Assembly: GCA_028864975.1 (NCBI GenBank)
Contig: JAGWLG010000036.1
Location: forward strand, 1-36,258
Length of the DNA: 36,258 bases
Origin: Thermoplasmata archaeon
GTDB lineage: Archaea > Thermoplasmatota > Thermoplasmata > Lutacidiplasmatales > UBA184
Direction of reading: 5' to 3'
Each line of letters opens with the position of its first letter. Within the stretch, counting starts at the first letter, position 1. Shown piece by piece: positions 31,893-36,258 of the stretch. The notes under the pieces are model-generated. The model saw only the letters and a program-made list of their open reading frames with translations, did no database searches and was not told the DNA's origin. A program made the position numbers and the translations under genes.

Positions 31893-33437
31893 TCAAACGA
31901 TAGGGGTGAGCCTCGCGTGGGGCTGGCCCTTCTCGTTGTCCACGCTCATCGCGTAGACCATCGTGCGGGGACGGATGCCGTAGACGCACGGGGAGTTGTC
32001 GATGTTCACGATGCGGAAGTACGTGTCCATCATGTTGATCATCTCCGAGGTCACGAGCAGCCCGGGCTTCAAGAGCCCGAGGCCCAGGTCCCCCATGATC
32101 TTCGTGCGCTCGACGCCCATGAAGAGGCTCTTGATCGCGAGCTGGTCGCCCTGGAGGTACTCCAGCGTGTCGAACCCGGTGTACTCGATGAAGGGCTTAC
32201 CCTCGCCTCCGCGCACGGCCCGCTCGGCCCCCTGAAGGGTCCGCTGCGCCTCCTCACGCCCGGCCCGGAGCATCGGCAGGATGTACGGGGCCTTGGCCTC
32301 CGTCGCGAAGTAGTCAGTGATGCGGACCCGGTCGTCGAAGGTCTGCGTCGGGATGTGCTGGGTCAGCTGCTCGCGCAGCTTCTCCGGGGATTCCCCCCCC
32401 GATAGAACGCCCAGGATCCCGCCCCCTCGCGAGAGGAAGTTGAGGAAGGTCGGGGCGAAGAGGAGGTAGTAGTCCTCGATGGAGACGTTCACGTCGATCT
32501 CGAACCCGTTGTAGGAGCCGCGCTTGTAGCCGCCGCCCAGGAGGGCATCGAAGTCGGGGATCCCGGTCGAGAAGTGGCGCTCCGTGTCGGGGATCGCCTT
32601 CCACGGCTTGGGGGCCGCGGGGGCCGTCTCGGGACGCGGGGCGATGCCCAAGGCCTCGAAGCGCCCGCCCGCCAGCGTCACCGCATAGCGGGGCCGAGGG
32701 ATGGCCGTCGCCCGCAGCTTGTCCAGGCGCATGTGGCGGACCCTCCGCTCGTCGAGCTCCTCGCGCGAGAAGGAGATGAGCCCGTCCACGAGATACTCGA
32801 TGCCGCCCGCCTCGGGCTTCTCGAGGATCATCACCACGTTGGTGTTGGAGTTCTCCACCAGGTCCTTCTGGAGGCACATCACCAGCTCTTCCATCTCGAG
32901 GCCGTACTTGTGCGTCACGCCCTCGAGGGAATCGACGACGAGGAGCGCCTTCTCCGGAAGGACACGCTCAACGCGGTCGTACATGTGCTCGAGCTCGGGC
33001 ATCCGGGTCCGCTGCAGGAGCGTCGCGAGCTGTCCGCGGTCGACCTTCGTCGGAGCGCCGCGCTCCTCCCCCACGGCCTTCAGGAAGTCGCGGGCCTGCT
33101 GGAGCTTCGCCTTCACCTCGGCGGGGGGCTCGGGGGCCGCCTCCTTGTCCTTCCCCACCAGGGTCTCGAGGAAGATCTTCCCCGCGTCGAAGACGCGCGT
33201 GCGCATCTCCGTGCTCTTGAGCCAGGGGAACTGTCGGTAGAGGGCCTCGTCCGAGACCCGCGTCGAGAGGTAGAAGCTCTGCCCCGAACGGCCGGCCTTT
33301 TCCAAGAGCTCGAGCCCGAAGGTGGTCTTACCGGTACCGGCGCCGCCCTTGACGATGAGGCTTCGCCCTCCCTTTCCACTCAGGAACGTGACGACTTCTG
33401 GCGGAATCCCGGCGCGCTGGCGGGTCCCTGCGTCCAT
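31893..33437 (-). CDS. GvpD-like / KaiC-RAD55 superfamily tandem P-loop ATPase
   Basis: IPPEVVTFL..GGRSLIVKGGAGTGKTT, Walker B LLVVDSLEG and RHMRLDKLRAT. The second RecA-like domain (STGIPDFDALLGGG) lacks GKT. Confidence 0.8.
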   Translation of the reverse strand: MDAGTRQRAGIPPEVVTFLSGKGGRSLIVKGGAGTGKTTFGLELLEKAGRSGQSFYLSTRVSDEALYRQFPWLKSTEMRTRVFDAGKIFLETLVGKDKEAAPEPPAEVKAKLQQARDFLKAVGEERGAPTKVDRGQLATLLQRTRMPELEHMYDRVERVLPEKALLVVDSLEGVTHKYGLEMEELVMCLQKDLVENSNTNVVMILEKPEAGGIEYLVDGLISFSREELDERRVRHMRLDKLRATAIPRPRYAVTLAGGRFEALGIAPRPETAPAAPKPWKAIPDTERHFSTGIPDFDALLGGGYKRGSYNGFEIDVNVSIEDYYLLFAPTFLNFLSRGGGILGVLSGGESPEKLREQLTQHIPTQTFDDRVRITDYFATEAKAPYILPMLRAGREEAQRTLQGAERAVRGGEGKPFIEYTGFDTLEYLQGDQLAIKSLFMGVERTKIMGDLGLGLLKPGLLVTSEMINMMDTYFRIVNIDNSPCVYGIRPRTMVYAMSVDNEKGQPHARLTPIV

Positions 33438-33481
33438 GACGTTCTCTCCCCCGTAACGCGTGGATTGGGAGTGAGGGCCGC

Positions 33482-33490
33482 ATATATATT
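33482..33490 (-). promoter_or_regulatory. TATA-like element for the GvpD-like gene
   Basis: AATATATAT on the minus strand in the alaS/gvpD-like spacer, 45-53 nt before ATG 33437. Confidence 0.5.
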
Positions 33491-33521
33491 CGACTCGGCG
33501 GACGCCGCCGCCCCGCCAACC

Positions 33522-36119
33522 TCACGCTGGGGGGGCCGCGGCGAGCTCCCGGGCCCTGGCCAGGGCCGCGTCCAGGGCCGCCCGGAGGGGGGGCCCCCTC
33601 GGTCCGGAGCCCGAGGCGGCCGAGGGGTTGCCCCCTCCCTTGCCCCCCCAGGCCTTGAGCGCCGGGGCGAGGAGGTCGCGCGCGGGGAAGCGCTTCGGGT
33701 CCGAGGAAGCGAAGAAGAGGGTCCCGCTCTTCTCGTCCTGGGCGGCCAGGAGCGCAACCCCTCCCGCTCGGGAGGTGATCTCCCGGGCGAGCGCCTGCAG
33801 CCCCTCTCGATCGAGGTCGACCTGGGCCACCACCGCTCGGTGCCCCTCTCCCAGGGGGTGGGCGTCGACCGGGCTGTTCCAGAGGCCCTCGGCAATCTCG
33901 GCCACGTCCGCCTTCGCGGCGGCCTTGGCCTCCTTGTGGCTCTCCTTCAAGCGGTCCAGTAGACGGTCGAGGGCCCTCGGGACCTCTTCCACGGGGGCCG
34001 CGAGCTTCTGGGAGGCCTCCTGCAGGATGGTGTCGTGCTCCTGCATCACCTCGAGCGCCCGCTCTCCCGCGACGAAGTGCAGCCGCACCATGCCGTCCTG
34101 GATCCGTTCGGTGCCGAGCACCTTCACGAACCCCACCTCGGAGGTGTGGGTGCAGTGGGTCCCCCCGCAGGCCTCCACGTCGAAGTTCTCGATGTCGACG
34201 ATGCGGAGCTCCTTCCCCGGGACCGCGCCCCCCTGATAGATCCCGTAGCCGAACTTCTCCTCGGCGACCGCGCGCGGCTCGAAGGTGCTCCTGACAGGTC
34301 GGTCCTCGCGAACGACCGAGTTGACGAGGCGTTCTACCGCGCGGAGCTCGAGGGGGGTGAGCCCTTGCCAGTGCGTGATGTCGAGCCGCGCGCCTTCGAC
34401 CCCTTTGTACGCTCCCGCCTGCCAGACATGGGGCCCCAGGACCTTCCGTAACGCGCCGTTGAGCAGGTGGGTCGCCGTATGGTGGGTCATGAGCTGGCGC
34501 CGACGGGCGGGGTCGACGCGTCCTTGCCCAGGAGCTCCGACCTCTGGCAGGGGAGCGTCGGGGTGCGAGAGCCGGTGCATCACCCACGGGCCGTGGCGGA
34601 CGACCTCCTCCACAGGGGCCCCCGCGAGGTGGCCCCGGTCGGTGATCTGCCCTCCCCCCGTGGGATAGAAGTACGTCTGGTCCAGGATCACCCAGGGGCC
34701 GGACCGCCACAGGATCTTCCCCGTGAACTCGTGCGTGTAGGGGTCGCGGTGATAGTGGACGATGGTGGGAGGGACCGAGGGGGGTGGCTCGGGGACCTTC
34801 GCCTCGACGGCGTCCGCCCCGTACCCTCCCCAGCCCTGGGCGGGCGTGCGGGTGTGGAGCTCCGCGACCTTCGCAAAGAAATCCGAGGGGACCTCGACCT
34901 TCTGCGAAAGTTCCTCCACGGCCACGTCGGGCGTCACGCCGAGCGAATCGTAGACCATCACCAGGTCGTCGACGTTCGGCGACCGACCCTCTTTCTTGAG
35001 GCGCTCCTCGAGCCTTCGGACCTGGGTCCGGCCCCGGGCGATGGCTTCGCTGAACCGTTCCTCCTCGACCCGGAGCACCTCTCCAAGGCCCTTGGGGTTC
35101 GAGGCGAGCTCGGGGAAGTCCTTCGCGACGTGGCGCACCACCGTCTGCATCAGGTCGAAGAGCGTGAGCGTCCCCGGGTGCTTCTCGAGCGTCCGGAGGA
35201 TCCGTCGGAGGAGCAGGCGGGCGAGGTAGCCCTCGCGGACGTTCGAGGGGACGATGCCATCGGTGAAGAGGAAGAGGAAGTTCTTGGCATGGTCAGCGAG
35301 CACCGCCGCTTCCGGCAGCGTGAAATCCTTGGGCAGGTCCTTCAGGATCCCGGGGAAGACCGCCTCGTAGATCGTCGGGGTCCCCTGGCTCATCCAGGTG
35401 AACCGCTCGAGCCCGTAGCCGGTGTCCACGACCCGCAGCGGCATCGGCTTGAGAGCGTCCCCGTCGCGCACGTACTGCATGAACACCAGCGTGGCGATCT
35501 CGAGACCCCGCAGACCGACGGAGACCGAAGGCCCCAGGTTGCCGCCCCCCTCCCAGGCCTCCTCCTTGTAGCTGATCTCCTCGGGGCGAGCCCCGAGCTC
35601 GCTCGTCACCAGCTCATGGCAGAGTTCCACCGTTCGGTCCTTCCAGTAGACCTCCTTCGAGGCGCCGTTGAAGGCGTGATGAGCCATCATCTCGAACATC
35701 GTGAGATGGCGGCCGGTGGTCCCGACGTTCTCGATGTCCGTGAAGCGCATGCAGGGTTGGGAGATCGTGAGGGGGTTCGCGGGCGGAGGGATGGCCCCTG
35801 AGGTCACCCAGGGCTGGAAGTCGTAGACCGAGGCCTGGACGAACATCACGTCGTTCCGCCAGCGGGGGACCACTGGATAGCGGCGCAGGCGAGCGTGGCC
35901 GCGACGCTCGAAGTAGGAGAGGTAGAGCTCTCGCATCGAGGTCAGATCGAGGGGCTGCGAGAAGGGGGAGTTCCCCTGGAAGGAGTAAGGGGTACACGGG
36001 ACCTCGGAGCAGACCTCGCTCGACCCCACGGACCAAAAGGGCTCCCCGCACTTCTTGCAGGCGCGCCGACGGAAGGCATTCTTCTCGAAGAACGCGTTCT
36101 CGTACTCCTTGGCCTCCAT
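33522..36119 (-). CDS. alaS: Alanine--tRNA ligase (archaeal type)
   Basis: N-terminal CKKCG..FWS Zn motif, RYPVVPRWR, FEMMAHH, VDTGYGLER, editing HHTATH and ACGGTH motifs, and C-Ala GGKGGG. Confidence 0.98.
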   Translation of the reverse strand: MEAKEYENAFFEKNAFRRRACKKCGEPFWSVGSSEVCSEVPCTPYSFQGNSPFSQPLDLTSMRELYLSYFERRGHARLRRYPVVPRWRNDVMFVQASVYDFQPWVTSGAIPPPANPLTISQPCMRFTDIENVGTTGRHLTMFEMMAHHAFNGASKEVYWKDRTVELCHELVTSELGARPEEISYKEEAWEGGGNLGPSVSVGLRGLEIATLVFMQYVRDGDALKPMPLRVVDTGYGLERFTWMSQGTPTIYEAVFPGILKDLPKDFTLPEAAVLADHAKNFLFLFTDGIVPSNVREGYLARLLLRRILRTLEKHPGTLTLFDLMQTVVRHVAKDFPELASNPKGLGEVLRVEEERFSEAIARGRTQVRRLEERLKKEGRSPNVDDLVMVYDSLGVTPDVAVEELSQKVEVPSDFFAKVAELHTRTPAQGWGGYGADAVEAKVPEPPPSVPPTIVHYHRDPYTHEFTGKILWRSGPWVILDQTYFYPTGGGQITDRGHLAGAPVEEVVRHGPWVMHRLSHPDAPLPEVGAPGQGRVDPARRRQLMTHHTATHLLNGALRKVLGPHVWQAGAYKGVEGARLDITHWQGLTPLELRAVERLVNSVVREDRPVRSTFEPRAVAEEKFGYGIYQGGAVPGKELRIVDIENFDVEACGGTHCTHTSEVGFVKVLGTERIQDGMVRLHFVAGERALEVMQEHDTILQEASQKLAAPVEEVPRALDRLLDRLKESHKEAKAAAKADVAEIAEGLWNSPVDAHPLGEGHRAVVAQVDLDREGLQALAREITSRAGGVALLAAQDEKSGTLFFASSDPKRFPARDLLAPALKAWGGKGGGNPSAASGSGPRGPPLRAALDAALARARELAAAPPA

Positions 36120-36197
36120 GACGGTCCCCGCCTACGAAGAACGGTGGAAAAGCGTTCGCATGGCGCGCCGACCCTTCTCACGCCTTGCGGCCAAAGG

Positions 36198-36203
36198 TTT
36201 ATG
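36198..36203 (+). promoter_or_regulatory. TATA-like element for the gene starting at 36232
   Basis: TTTATG, 29-34 nt upstream of ATG 36232. Confidence 0.4.
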
Positions 36204-36231
36204 GCATCGTTCCCGCGCTCGCCTAAGCACC

Positions 36232-36258
36232 ATGAGGACCTACGTCAAGTTCTACTTC
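36232..36258 (+). CDS. Start of a CDS truncated by the window edge (MRTYVKFYF...)
   Basis: ATG divergent from alaS with a TATA-like box at the expected distance. Only 9 codons are visible. Confidence 0.45.

Noticed and set aside
31893-33437. Gas vesicle cluster or circadian clock
   Set aside because: No gvpA/E/F-N or kaiA/B genes are adjacent. Only the ATPase fold is supported.
1-36258. CRISPR array, tRNA/rRNA, IS element, integrase or prophage
   Set aside because: By eye I found no regularly spaced repeats, tRNA T-arm/cloverleaf, terminal inverted repeats, or transposase/recombinase motifs. tRNAscan-SE, Infernal and a repeat finder would be needed to exclude them formally.

Overview
A very GC-rich (not computed), densely coding archaeal chromosomal segment. 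It is most likely from Thermoplasmatota/Thermoplasmata (inference from psmB-aCPSF1, TFB, archaeal-type AlaRS, split GMP synthase, TATA-box promoters and a Thermoplasmata-style surface repeat). About 29 real CDSs can be separated from many GC-driven shadow ORFs. In order: mutS 3' end, DUF1326, DUF2182, mutL, GNAT, PD-(D/E)XK nuclease-like, GT4-GT2 fusion, AlkP-superfamily enzyme, aCPSF1, psmB, GT4, membrane-anchor-less succinate dehydrogenase/fumarate reductase (sdhA, sdhB, CCG subunit), Fes-like esterase, two Cys-rich small proteins, a 518-aa unknown, sat, GT-C-like membrane protein, ABC-2 exporter pair, RHH regulator, divergent TFB, frameshifted dppB, guaAB, VOC protein, dolichol-kinase-like protein, GvpD/KaiC-like ATPase, alaS and the start of one more gene. 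I saw no rRNA, tRNA, CRISPR array, transposase or integrase. Best leads: (1) the 518-aa unknown reads by eye as a catalytically dead MCM-helicase paralog translationally coupled to sat; (2) mutL is coupled by overlapping stop/start codons to a GNAT and a PD-(D/E)XK nuclease-like gene; (3) dispersed sat/AlkP/glycosyltransferase/RHH genes may form a glycan-sulfation system; (4) an ABC exporter with a large sequon-rich extracellular domain and a zinc-ribbon ATPase; (5) a divergent TFB paralog. All family calls are by motif recognition, not database search.
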